Shown here piece by piece: positions 21,960 through 34,493 of a DNA stretch of 64,000 nt. Position numbers and translations under genes: made by a program. This DNA comes from the human T2T-CHM13v2.0 reference genome, Homo sapiens: the NCBI RefSeq assembly GCF_009914755.1, contig NC_060931.1; one strand, given 5' to 3'. Under the pieces are notes generated by a model, which did no database searches, was not told the origin of the DNA, and worked only from the letters and a program-made list of their open reading frames with translations. Every line of letters begins with the position of its first letter. Position 1 is the stretch's first letter.

Positions 21960-24060
21960 TTACCAAAAGCAAGATGTAAAACATTTAATCACCCCTAAGT
22001 GTTCCTGTGTCTCTGCAGTAGATCCTCTCCTTCCAGGCTTCACCCCTGGCTCCAGGCAACCAGTGATTTGCATTCCCTCCCCTATATTTGGCTTTTCTAG
22101 AATTTCACAAAACAGAATCATACATTTTGTGTTTTCTGTCTTCTTTCATTTAGCATAATACTCTTGAGATTTATCCATGTTGTTGCATATATCAGTAGTT
22201 CCTTTTTATTGTTGAGAGGTATTCCATTATGTGAATAGATCAAAATTTCTCCATTTAGCCATCCATTCATGCTCATTTAAATTATTTTCAGTTTGGGGCT
22301 GTAACAAATAAAGCTCCTATGAATATTTTTGTACAAGTCCTTGTGTGAACATGTTTTTGTTTCTCATGGGTAAATCCCTAGGAATAGTATTATTGGGTTA
22401 TATGCTAACTATATACTGTATGAGAAACTGTATCTGTTTTCTAAAGTGGCTATATCCTTTTGCATTCCCAGCAATGTGTTATTTCTTCGCCAATAATTCT
22501 TAGGTTTTAATTCAGTACAAGTGTGCTTTTCCCTTACCTCATGGAGCATAATTGTAATGACTCCTTTAAAGTTCTTGTCTGATAGTTTTAACATCTGGGT
22601 TATCTTGATGTTAACATTTGTTGATTGCCTTTTGCCCTGAGAACTGGTCCTACTCCTGGTTTTCCATTATTCATGCTATGCTGTGTAGATTCTGGGTCAG
22701 TGTATTTCTTCTAGCAGGCAATCAATCCAGTTAGGTTGAAGCAATAAGTTCTGGTGCCCCTTCTGTGGATAATTCAGATCTCAGTTCTGATCTGTAAGCC
22801 TTTGCTATGCTTATTTGGTTCTTTCCCATGCCAGTGTAGTTCAGGGGTTTTGAGACTTGTATAGATGGTTCAAAGTCCTGTTTAGTTCTCTTAAGTTTTC
22901 CTTGTATTGGTTTGGGACTATCTTGCACATGTGTAATTCAGGGATTGAGCTGAGACATTTGTGTGTGGGTGGGGGGTGGGTTGGTTAAAATTTCAGTTAA
23001 GTTTTCATAGTCTCTGAGAGTGTGTCTGCTTGCATAGCTCAGGGATTAGGATGAGACTTTTGTGCACTCATACACAGGATTAGGAGATACCTTTCTCTGG
23101 TTGCTTTCTTCCCTTCAGATTCCCTCCACACTGTAAGGACCCCTTTTCCTGGTTCTTCTGTTAAGAAAGACTGGGTTTCTGATTTGGAGAAGGAATTTTT
23201 TTTGTTTGTTTTCTTGTATGTGTACATATTGTCATTTCTTAGTCTAGGCCAGAATTTCTCAACCTCTACACTACTGACCACCCCACCATGTTCTCCCATG
23301 ACATCCTGTATATGCCTGCATGGTTGCCCTTGCCATATCATATCACCTAACCCTTCCTTCTTTCTGTCTGTACTGAGAACGCCTTGATCTCAGAGGCTGT
23401 CTTATCAATGTTTGTATCTCTTCCAAGCACTGGGTCTGGCACATAGTAGGTAATCACTAAATAGGATATTATCATTGTTAGGGTGGTGTGACTAAATTAT
23501 TCTGCTCAAGAGAAAAAGAAAAGGCTACTCTCAAGCATTTTGGAATCAAACATTTATAATAAAAAATAACTCCAAACTTTAGTAAACAGAAAAAAAAAAA
23601 GACTCAGTTTCTATCTGAGATTTAGCCATTTGCACCACCACACTTCTCTGTGCATGAGGCCTGCCATTCAGCAGGCCAGAGCAAACAAGGGGCTGGACTC
23701 ACCTTCCTGTGGGGGTGCTTCTCTAAGTATTAACTCTACAGTCTGCTCTTGTTTACTTTTCAAATTCTTCAGATAGTTATGTTTTTGTATTTTATCTAGA
23801 GTTTAGTTGGAATTAGTGAGAGAGAAGGCCTTTATAAGACTTATGTTGCCACAGCAGGACTAGAACTCTTGTTCATTAACTTTTGGGTGAATGACAAACT
23901 TGCAAATTTTACATGTGGTTGCTGGATTTTGTTGTATTCAGTTAAAGAATGTTGGACTTTGTCCTGATAAGCAGTTGTTTTGCTTGTGGATCAGTTTCAT
24001 TACTTTGAGGCTTGCCTTTCAGCTTTGTTAGAGTGTGTCCAGCCACAACAGTCTTTACTC
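21960..24060 (-). mobile_element. Old L1M fragments (host of the 23181-23600 insertion)
   Basis: Reverse L1 3' motifs (ttgagatttatccatgttgttgcatatatcagtagttcc) and L1M 5'-region-like sequence. Confidence 0.65.
23181..23600 (+). pseudogene. Retroposed poly(A)+ fragment of a cellular transcript 3' end (or orphan transduction)
   Basis: TSD aagaaagactgggtttct (23163-23180) / aaaaaagactcagtttct (23595-23612), TT/AAGA target, AATAAA at 23558-23563, A11 at 23590-23600. Confidence 0.7.
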
Positions 24061-24069
24061 CGGGGCTGA

Positions 24070-24370
24070 GTTCATTATTTAGGTGTCAGCTCACATGTTA
24101 CCTCTTCAGAGAAATCTTGCCTGACCACCCTATCTAAAATAGCATTCTTACTCCCACTTTCCCATTTCTAATCTTCATTTATATTTCTGTTTTTTATTTT
24201 TGTAGCATTTATGATCACTGAAATTATCTTGTTTTCCTATTTATATATGCCCTACTACAGTGTAAGCTCATGATGGCAGGGACATTGTTTTTTTCACCCT
24301 GTATGGCAATTGTCTGTATATAGTTTTTAGCACATAGTAGATGCATGATAAGCATCTGTTGAATGAATGA
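24070..24370 (+). mobile_element. L2 3' end
   Basis: cagctcacatgttacctcttcagagaaatc..ctgaccaccctatctaaaatagc ... tgtaagctcatgatggcagggac ... gttgaatgaatga. Confidence 0.75.
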
Positions 24371-25261
24371 GTCTATAGAACAATCCTGATAAGTAACTAG
24401 GGCAGGTGATATTATTAGTTATTGACCTGTAGTAAGATTTATGTTCAAAGAGGCTGCCTTGCCCAAACAAAGTCATACAAAAACAAAGTGGTAAAAGGGA
24501 AGGAATCCAGTTATCTGAGCTCTAGTCCAGTTGCTGTATCAGCTGTTGTACAAAAATAACCAAGAACTAAATCTCGGCAAAAAGCCACATTTCAGAGGTG
24601 AAAGAGCAAGAGGAGTCAGTGAGACAAATGGAAAACCAAATATGTGGAAGGGAGGGGGAAACCCAGGAAATGTATCATAAGAGAAGTGCGCTTAAGGAGG
24701 GTGACCATCAACGTCAAATTGATGCCGTACAGTATCACACCAAAACACCAGATCACTGCACAGCCTGCTTGGCGTGGCCCCATACTAGTCTATGTGAATT
24801 GTGTTCCTGGCATTGTATCACACAGTAGCTCTAGAAGGAGAACTGAGAAAAAGTTGTGACTGAGTTCACTAGCAAACCTTGAGAATACAGTTCCAGGAAG
24901 TGGTGAGGAATTATAGTTCATCACTGTATTTAACTCGTTAGACAAATAGTGTGACTACATTTAAGAAGAGTCAAAGTAGATGATTTGCTAGAAAAGCTAC
25001 GAGAAACATGTTTTTAAACCAGTAGTGAGCTTTTAGAATAAATTAATAGTATAAAAGTCAACTATCTTTTGGCTACTGTGAAGATCAATCATCACAAAAT
25101 TTCATTAGTACTTTTATAAACAGTGCCATGAATTATAAAACATTTATAATGATACCCACACATTGAATAGTGTTGAAAGGAAAAAAGGAACTATATAAAA
25201 ATTACAGGAGTTGGTATTTTTCTTCTTCCCACTCATGATTGTGTTTGAATCTTTTTCTCAG

Positions 25262-25447
25262 CTGACTCTTATGGTGATCCCTTCTTCCCCCGGACTACAC
25301 AGATACTATTAGAATATCAGCTAGGGAGATGGGTGCCACGTCTTCGTGAACCAAGGGATTTATATGGTGTCTCTTCTTCTGGTCCATTGAGCCCAACACG
25401 GTGGCCATACCATTGTGAAGTCATCGATGAAAAAGTCCAGCATATTG
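25262..25447 (+). CDS. AGBL3: AGBL3 exon 4 (ADSYGDPFFPRTTQILLEYQLGRWVPRLREPRDLYG...EKVQHI)
   Basis: ctttttctcag acceptor, 186-nt open frame, donor TTG/gtatgt; phase 1-1. Confidence 0.95.
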
Positions 25448-25539
25448 GTATGTTTTTAGCAGTTTGGGGGATTCAGACATTAGCAAACTTACTTTGCCAA
25501 CCTTAATTTTAATGAGGAGACTCACAATGTTAGAAAACA

Positions 25540-25790
25540 GTACATTCCAACAGAAATATAACATGAGCCACATAATGTAATTTTAAATTTGCTTGTAGCC
25601 ACATTTAAAAAGGCAAAAAGAAGAAAATGAAATTAACTTTAAAAATGGATTTTATTTAACCCAAATATATCCAGAATATTTCACATTCTTTTTGTCCAAA
25701 GTCTTCAGAATCTGGTGTGCATTTATCTTTACAGACATTTGAATTGAGATCAGCCACATTTCAAGTGTTCAGTAGCCACATGGGCTTAAA
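25540..25790 (+). mobile_element. MER33-like hAT-Charlie DNA transposon
   Basis: ccaacagaaatataacatgagccacat ... gccacatttcaagtgttcagtagccacatg. Confidence 0.7.
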
Positions 25791-27809
25791 TGGAGGCACT
25801 TGCAGCATTTGCTTGGCTCCTGAAGCTTTAGCAATTCTAAACAATTCCAAAGGGCATGACGGTGTCCCAGGCACAAACTCATACACAGAGTGAAGTCACA
25901 GATGGAGGCTATGCCGGAATGGCTGTGAGCTGTAGTCCTGCTCTTTGTGGCTCTCTGTCTCTTTCTCCTTATTTCCTCCTTGTAGGTCTGTCTTCTTAGT
26001 GTATCTTTATCTTCTTTTACCACTTTCTGCCTTTCTCCTTTTTTCCTCTTTTCCTCTTTCATTTTCTCTTTCTGCTCCTTTGTCTTTTTCCCACTCTCTG
26101 CTTTTTCCTTTAATGGATGTTTATGAAACTGAAGAGTATATATTTTAGTATATATAGATTTTAATATTTCTGTATGTGTCCATTCCCAAATTCATTTTTT
26201 GCTTTTCCAAGTAAAGCTTATAGCCTCATCTCTCCAATCCGTGCACAGGCATGACAGAAACATCCCATTGTTCATCATCTTTTCACTGCCATGACTTTCC
26301 ACCTTTTGTTGATTGAGGCACGCAAACATATGTTATTGCCAGGTGGAGATCTTATGGACACTCATTGGTGAATAAAAAAAAATTACACATACATACTTTT
26401 TATAACTACACTTATTGCAGTGCCTACTAGGAGTTCTTAAAAACTAAATTTTCTTCATATATCATCTGGCATATAGATAGATAGACATGGGGAGAAAGGA
26501 CGGGTGGAGAGAGAGAAAGAACACTGATTTTTGTTCATAGAGGACAAAGGTAATTTTTCTCAAGAATTCCAAAGTTATAGGGTTAAAAATATATTAAAGA
26601 ATTCATGCTTAATAGTACTAAACAGAATCACTTCCTTACACATCTCTTCAAAGCTGGGTATATATTTATCTTCTGTAGTATAGGACATCTCTCTCTCTTT
26701 TTCTCCTTTCAGTCCTTCTACCATCATCCCCACCTCTCCTCTGCTACCACCCCCTCCAACCTCATTTTTCCTACAGCACCAGGTCAGGAAATAAAAAAGT
26801 CCAGCAGAGAAAACACTGCCATGCTACTGAATTTAAACCTTCCCCCAAGCCTTTCTTTTTGTACTTTGGTTCTGTTTCCTAGCCTCCTCATGACATATCT
26901 GTGACAGAGGGAATGGATAAGGAGCAATAAAGGAAAATCCCTACTGCTCCTACTGTGACTTCTGCCTAATTTCTCTCCAGTAACAGTGACGAGAGAATGA
27001 GAGCAGAAGAGACCCAAAAGGAAGAGGAAAGCAAGACCCCGTCGGGCCACTGCTTCTCAGTGTCACTTCCAGCCGCATGTGCTCATTCCACTCAACTTGG
27101 TTCCACCTCACCTAACTAGAAAACCCTTCTGTCACATCTTTGCCACACCTTTCTTTTCCTTAAATTTCCTAGCCCTCACTTTCAGCCGTCATTTTGCCCT
27201 CAGTCACAGGAGTCACCAGCAGCAGCTCAGAGTGGGGAGAGTTTCTATTTTCCTTGGTTGCTTGGTAATCCCCCACTGTTACTGCTGAGGTTCTTTCAGA
27301 TGTGGGCAGCTGTGTTTCTGGCCTCTTCTATTGAAATTCTAAATATAGTTTCTAACCAAAATATTGTTGTAAGAGTGGCTAGAGTTTGTGGTGCCTCCTT
27401 TCAGATATCTTACATAATAAATAGACTTTGGGCCCTGTGAATCCAGCCTCCACCCTGGTGAAGGTGCAACCTCTCTCAGCATACGTTTCCCAAGATCCCC
27501 AGAGTCATGATGTCACACAGCTACTGGTCACACTATCTGTGCAAGGTATAGTCATGCTGGATAAAAGCTTTATTTTGGGCTATGCCACTGTTCTTTTATT
27601 TTCAGTCTGTGCCCCTGAAATTTTTGCAAGCTCTGCTGGTCCTCAAGCCAACTGGAACACCCAATACAATACATCCTTGTGTAGGAAGAATCAAAATCTT
27701 CTCCCACATGTGTCCTTGATGGCTTTTTCCACCTTTGCTTGCTAGCATTTCAGAAAGTTTACTTCCCACAGTCTTACATATTGCTCTAGACCTTGCTTTT
27801 GTCACTTGA

Positions 27810-28318
27810 CTATTGCAAAGATTTTACAAATTTGGATATTTGAAAGGACTTATAAGACTTCACAGAGCATTCTTCTGTGTGGCTTTTATTCAAAGGCACA
27901 GGATACGGTGCAGCAAGAGAAAGATACTGTGGCAAGCATTGGGGCCCAGGTGCAAGCTTTCCAGGGGCCTTATTCACACACATAGACTGCCTGTCTTCAG
28001 ACTGAAACACCAAGATCTATGTGATGCATCTTAGCTTCAGAAAACCTCAAGGCAAAAGTTCCCATCTGGGTTTTTAGACCCCTGTAGTCATGACATCAAG
28101 CCAGGCTGTCTTCCTGATTCTGCCAAATGAAAACCATCAGTAAACAAACTGGCCATGCGGGGGACATGAAACTCTCAGGGGGAGTTTCAGACAGTAAACA
28201 GCACATCATTAATCTTACTGTTCTTATCTTGGCCAAGAGTCAAAGCTGGACAGCCAGAATTCCCCAGAGGTAAAAAATAGAGCTTTTCCAGTCCAGCTAT
28301 AAATTAACTCTGTCTTAC
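27810..28318 (-). mobile_element. Probable old solo LTR (unassigned)
   Basis: MER21-group-like layout (ttttatt, ggatacggtgcagc, gcaagctttcc) ending ...ctgtcttaca. Confidence 0.4.
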
Positions 28319-28786
28319 ACAGTCATCTATCTTGAAAGACTTTCCATATCAGTTTATATATATTAGTCTCCTTTTTTATAAACTGGTACATCAGATTTCA
28401 TTAAATGGATGAATCAGAATTTCTTTAACTGGTACCTTATTAATGAATTTAAGGGGTTTCCAGTCATTGGCTCTGACAAACAGAACTGCATAAATATCCT
28501 TTTATGTGTGGCCTAATGCATATATACGTACATATTTTGGGGGTACATTCCCATAATTTCTGGTATAAGGATACTGTCAAATTTTCCTCCAAAAAGAGTT
28601 GCATCAATTTATTGTCATAAAAGCAAATAGTTTATGAGTGTGGTCAGGGGTCCTCAAGACAACTCATATTCAACAATTTGCTACAAAGACTTGCAGAATT
28701 CAGAGAAGCCATTATACTCATGGTTATGGTTTATTATGTCCCTGAAAGGACACAGATTAAAATCAGCAAAGGTAAATGGCGTATAG

Positions 28787-29125
28787 CAGTGGTCCCCAAA
28801 CTTTTCGGCACCAGGGACCAGTTTCGGGGAAGATAATTTTTCTGTAGATGTTGGGGGATGGTTTTGGGATGAAACTGTTCCACCTCAGAGCATCAGGCAT
28901 TAGTTAGATTCTCATGAGGAGCACACACAACCTAGATCCCTTGCATGCACAGTTCACAATAGGGCTTGTGCTCTTATGAGAATCTAATGTTGCTGCTGAT
29001 CTGACAGGAGACAAAGCTCAGGTGGTAATGGTCGTTCGCCCACTGCTCACCTGCTGCTGTGTGGCCTGGTTCCTCACAGGCCATAGACCAGTACTGGTCC
29101 ATGGCCTCAGGGTTGGGGACACTTG
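28787..29125 (+). mobile_element. MER1B-like hAT element inserted in the provirus 3' LTR
   Basis: cagtggtccccaaacttttcggcaccagggacc ... ggttggggacacttg; absent from the sister LTR. Confidence 0.85.
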
Positions 29126-31981
29126 CTATGCGGCAGGGTCCAGATGAGACCTAGCACAAGCTTCCAGTTGTTCTCTCCCTGTGGAGTCTTAGAAACAGCA
29201 CTTAATTCTCCCAGCCATAATGTGAGATAATATGAAGTGCTGCAAATCAGGGAAGCTCATCTAGCTTTGATGTCACTGGTTTCTATTGCAGGTTGGTTAT
29301 ATTTACATTCAGTGCCCACATGGCTGACCTTAGTTACTTAGTCTCTGGCCTTTCCAGGGGTCAAAATTGATACTGTGTGTCCAAGGCCTCTACCACCACC
29401 ACCACCACAATAAATCAATTGTTAGCATAAACTACTATCTGACATAGCCCAAGGTCCCAGGTAGACAAAGATACTCTTAATGAGGCAAGGTATTCCAAGG
29501 CATCAGAGGCTATCTCCCAAGAGTTTAGCAAGGTCCAAACCTTTACAATGTGCAAGGTTTGGACAACCAAGGCCTGCTGAGTTAATCATTTACACACAGG
29601 CTACCCACTGTCCCTTGGCCTAGGCTCTCTTTAACAAAGAGCCTAGTTTGTAACTAGTATAATTATCTCCTATTTTAATATTCTGCTATTTATACATTTT
29701 AACAAACTTGTACATAAATATTCAGCATAGAAATTAACTCATAATTAAGTAGATCCAGTTCTTACTCAGCCCATTTTTCATTGATATTACATACCAAGGA
29801 GGCCGTGATTCAATTTTCCAATACATTTGATCATCATCATATGACTGACTTACCTAAGGGAGAGGAATCATACCAGCAATACCAATGTTATACTGTATCT
29901 GCAGTATTGTAGTAGATGTAACCTGAAAAATAAGAATCAAAAGATAATGGCTCATTACCTCTGTCATTAACAATTAATTGGTCCAGTTCATCATTATATC
30001 TTATGACCAGAATGTCTCCCAGAGCAATGCCACTCAAGTTTGCAGGCTTCCATTCAACCTTTTCAGCTTCTAAGAGTAAGGCTAGTCTTAGAAAACTGAC
30101 TTTACCTTTTTGGGCATCTAGGATAATTAAGCTAAGAGACTACAGTCTCTTGCTCTGAGCCTCTCTCAAAACACCAGTGTAATACTAGATTTTCCTCATT
30201 ACCTATTTCATTTATTTATTCCTGTGCCTTGGCTATTTCTCCTATTTTTCACTTGTCATAATTTTTTACCCAAACATTTTCACCTTTGGAAGAGTTGTTA
30301 GGCTTAGCCACTGTCCTGGTCTAGATTGCCAGCAGTAATACCAGTCTAGCTCGTGCTTCCTTTCAGCTCATTCCCTTTTATTTACAGTAAGGATATATAG
30401 GTACAGAACTAGTGGGCTATCTTGACCACCAGGAAATACAGCTGCATTCACTATCAATCTGAATTTTGCCAGGTGGGGTGAAGACACAGTCCACCCCGTT
30501 AGGCCCATAGCAATTCCGACATAAAGGTTGAAAGGTAAGTTTCTTGCTTAAGAATGATTCCTGTTTCTAGCACCTGCAGTCTCCAACCACTGCCCCAGGC
30601 TGGAAAAAAAAAGAAAAGTTGAGGTGACTGGAGAAATCATTTTGTAGTTTGTACCAGTGTCCTCCTCCATCCCTTCTCCAGATCCACCATAAAAGAATTT
30701 GTCAAGTGGGGACCCACTCTTGTCCCCCTCATGTTGAATGTGCATACACATGAAGGTATATATGTCAGCCCTTCCTGCCTTTATCACCCCCTATTTTAGA
30801 CAAAAAAAAAAGTTTCAATTACCTTTTCCAATTCTCTAGTAAACCACTAGTCCATTTTGATGTGATATCTTTTTGCCCATCATTAGACACTATGGGCTGT
30901 AAAGTGTGTTTCTTGGTCTGAAGAAATATAACTTGATGGTCCAAATTGCCACAATATCTTCTGTTTCAGTCCTTTTACAGTATTCTAAGCATTTTGTATC
31001 CATCTACCTCTGGGGGTGCAAAGCCTAGTCCAGAGTAAATGTCTAGTCCTGTCAGGACGCTTTTATAGTCTCTGGGGGCTACCACAGCATTCCGATGTAG
31101 TTACTTGTCAGTTGTGTGTGCCACCTGCTCCCCAGGAAATCTGCCCATAGCCACCTGCGGTCTCCGTCTCTCTTGAAGCATTTATTTGTATTTTGTGCCT
31201 CAGAGGGAGTAAGAGAAATATGCCAACAATCAGCCCATGCCTACATTCCTACACCTCTCCCATTTCCATTTATTTCATGGACCCACATGCCCACCTCAAG
31301 TAAACACACCAAGTTTTCCACTTACTGGGTCCAGTCATCATCTGATCCTGGAAGAGTGTTCTTCTGGTGGGCATTGACATGTCCTACTTTAATGTGCCCC
31401 TAAATTCCATGGTGATTTCCATAGGATGGTGCCCCACATGGGGCATCTAATAGACTAGTTTTTCATCACCCATCTATTTGACCATATGGCCAGCCATTGG
31501 CACACCCAAACTTTGATTATTTTTAAATGGAACTTTTATACTTGTTCAGTTTTTTCATCACTGCAAGGACAGCATATAGTTCAGCCTGAGCAGATTGTTC
31601 TTACCTTCCTCAATCAGAACTTTTCCATCATCTGATGTAGTACAATAGTCTTCCAAACAGGATGTTGATTATCCACCTTGGAACTGCCATCAGTCAACCT
31701 AGTAGCTCTCTTTCAATAGAGAGCTGTTCATAGGGCACAGCCCAGGTGGCCATAGGATTTGGTGGCTCCTCAGCTGATTTCAAAGTAGGCTCCAGTGGAA
31801 AAGAGACCTCCTGCACATGAACAGAATGAGTATCTCCTTGCACTGTCCCAGTAACATTGTCCTGTATAAACCGTTTCCATTTATTATGGAGCCCTTCTGG
31901 GCACTGCCTTATTAGAGTGTTTCTTTCACATCACTTAAGGCATTGTGGGCATTTCAGCTTTCACGGTTCTATGTCCTTCAG

Positions 31982-32459
31982 TATAATGGTTAATTTTATG
32001 TGTCAGCTTGACTGGGCCACGGGATGCCCAGATAGCTGGTAAAACATTATTTCTGGATGTGCCTCTGAGGGTGTTTCTGGAATAGATTAGCATTTGAATT
32101 GGTAGATTCAGTAAAGAAGATCCACCATCACCAATATAAGGAGGTGGGGCATCATCCAATCTATTGAGGGCCTGCTTGAATAGAACAAAAGGATGGAGGA
32201 AGGGTGAGAGCTCTCTTTTTGAACTGGGATATTCATCATCTGCCCCAGACATCAGAGCTTCTAGTTCTCAGGCTTTTGGACTTGGACTGGATTACACCAC
32301 CAGCTTTCCGAGTACTACAGCTTGCACACAGCAGATTGTGAGACTTCTCAGTCTCCATAATTTGTGACAATGTATATACGCATATGTGTATATTCACTGA
32401 TATAATAAATACACACACACTACTGGTTCTATTTTTTCTGAAGAACCCTGACTAATACA
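31982..32459 (+). mobile_element. MLT2B-type solo LTR nested in the provirus pol region
   Basis: tataatggttaattttatgtgtcagcttgactgggccac ... gaaccctgactaataca; perfect TTCAG TSD (31977-31981, 32460-32464). Confidence 0.9.
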
Positions 32460-32822
32460 TTCAGTCACAGGGGCATTTTCAACTAATGTCCAATAGCAAG
32501 TTAGTAATTGGTTCTCAAATGCTGTATATCTTACAGCTGCATCCGAACAATTTCTGGTCCAAATTCCGGCAGTCACTGCTGGATGGTGCTCACAGGCTTT
32601 TTCCATAAGCCCCAATCTCTGGCCCATACAGGGCTACTGTAGAGAAAATGTGTCGGTGCCAGCAGCCCAGTTTCTAACACATCATTGATTAAAGGTGTAC
32701 TCTATTTTTGTGCACCAGGTATTCTATACTATTTCCAACTAAAATCTGTCGGCTTGGACAATTCTATAGGTTCCCATTTAGCCAGTATACTGGATAAAGG
32801 GCAAATTTACATGCCTTCAGTT

Positions 32823-33137
32823 TTACAATATTAGGTAGGGAAGTGTTCCCCAATCAGATATAAAATCCATCCCAATACATTCAGGTAAAGGAGATACATC
32901 CAGTTCACATGAAGTCCATTTAAATATTTCCGTTTTAATCTCAACTTTCACCTTAATTTCATCAACCATTTCATGGCTAAGTCCTCCCAACCTAACTGTA
33001 GTCCACATTAGGATATCACCAACAGATTTTGGAACCTCAGTGCATTGGTCTGCCATGTCAAAGAGTCCCAGAAAAGCTTGTTCTCCACCCCCTTTCCATT
33101 TTAACCACACGTGCATATAGCCCATGTCCCCAAACAA
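32823..33137 (-). pseudogene. Retroviral aspartic protease remnant
   Basis: ORF with WKGGGEQAFLGLFDMADQCT..VSPLPECIGMDFISDW, resembling ERVL protease (WGKG..F.GLLDTGS..VISPVPECIIGIDIL); DTG decayed to DMA. Confidence 0.75.
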
Positions 33138-34493
33138 GGATCAGACTAAAGGACCCTGACCCTTTTCATCAGTCTATCCATATTAGTTTGTGAGACAATT
33201 GCCACAGATGATTTGAGGTAACATTTTTTATTGTCCTTTTTGCCTTTCAGCTTTGTTAATTCCTCCAGACTAAGGTAAATAGAACAGATTTGTTTAAAGC
33301 TCTTCAAAGTCGGGGTATGCCAGGAGCTCCCATTGGTCTATGTAATCTCCAATAGTGTTTCATTAAGACCTTTGATCCCATCAGTGTCCAACCTGCTGGG
33401 ATGAGTCCCTTGATTCTTCCTTTTGTCTTTCCCTATTCTTTCATGACTCATGTTATTTTAGCTGTCAGTTTTTTCAGCATGTTATTTGTCCCTTTGTTGG
33501 AAACCCTGAAGCTAGTGTCTGTAGCTTGGACCAGCTGAAATTCAAGCTTGGCCCAGTGTCAGGATTTGCCTCAACACTTTACTGTAATTTTAGCTATTAC
33601 ACATAATAACTGAGAGATTGTATGTTTAGCTTGTTTCTTGTCATTTTGCATTTCCTTATGCATCCAGTGAGCCAACTCTTTGGGAGTTAGATTTATCATT
33701 TCTAAATTCCAGTGGTGACTTTTACTTCTAGTAACTGATTGCAACACAGCTGCTACTTCACACCATGGGTGGCCCAGTGGCCAAACAGAATCAAAGGTTT
33801 GTCAACTCCTACCCTCTTACCCTTCCTTTTCCCAAACCACTCTTTCACCACATTTCAGTGAGTCAGGGTAATTCTAGTGAATCCCACTTCTGATGTCACC
33901 TGTGATCAGGAGTCCTGAAGACCACCCCAAGGTTCAATGATTCATTAAAAGGACTCGAGAAATTCAGAAAAACCATGACATTAATGGTTATGGCTTGTTA
34001 CAGTGAAATGATACAGACTAAAATCAGCTGAATTAATTTAGGGCAGAGTCCAGGAGAGACTAGATGGGGGCTTCCAGTTGTCCTCTCCTGGTGGAGTTTT
34101 ATAGACAGCACTTACTTCCTCCAGTCATGATGTGAGATAACACTCATGAAGTACTGCTAATCAGGGAAGCTCATCCAGCCTTGGTGTCCAGAGTTTCTAT
34201 TAGGGACCAGTTATGTCTGTATGGAATGCCCACGTGGCTGGCTTTAGTTATTCAGTCCCCCGCCTCTCCATCCAAAATTAATATAATGTGGCCCAGAGCC
34301 CCCCACCACAACTCACATTATTAGCATAAACTATCTGATGTAGCCCAAGGCCCCAAGTAGACAAAGAAACTCTGAACAGGCAGAATATTTCAGGGTCTTA
34401 GAGGTTATCTCCCAGGAGTTGGACAAGGTCCAAATCTTTCTTTGGATATACAGGGTTTGGACAACCTAGGCCATCTGAGTGCTGCACAATGAG

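Larger units (their letters stand above)
28639..34488 (-). mobile_element. Two-LTR ERVL-class provirus (MER77/MER21-group LTRs) with degenerate gag-pro-(RT core absent)-RNaseH-IN
   Basis: Homologous LTRs at 28639-29598 and 33901-34488; perfect ATGAG TSD (28634-28638, 34489-34493); tRNA-Leu-type PBS at ~33881-33898; protease, tether, RNase H and integrase remnants. Confidence 0.88.

Noticed and set aside
25769-26148. Lys/Arg/Glu-rich and Ser/Leu/Phe-rich ORFs
   Set aside because: Translations of a low-complexity CT-rich tract.
27258-27805. Cluster of 60-105 aa ORFs, possible retroelement or pseudogene fragment
   Set aside because: Manual translation gave no motif I could support; needs BLASTx.
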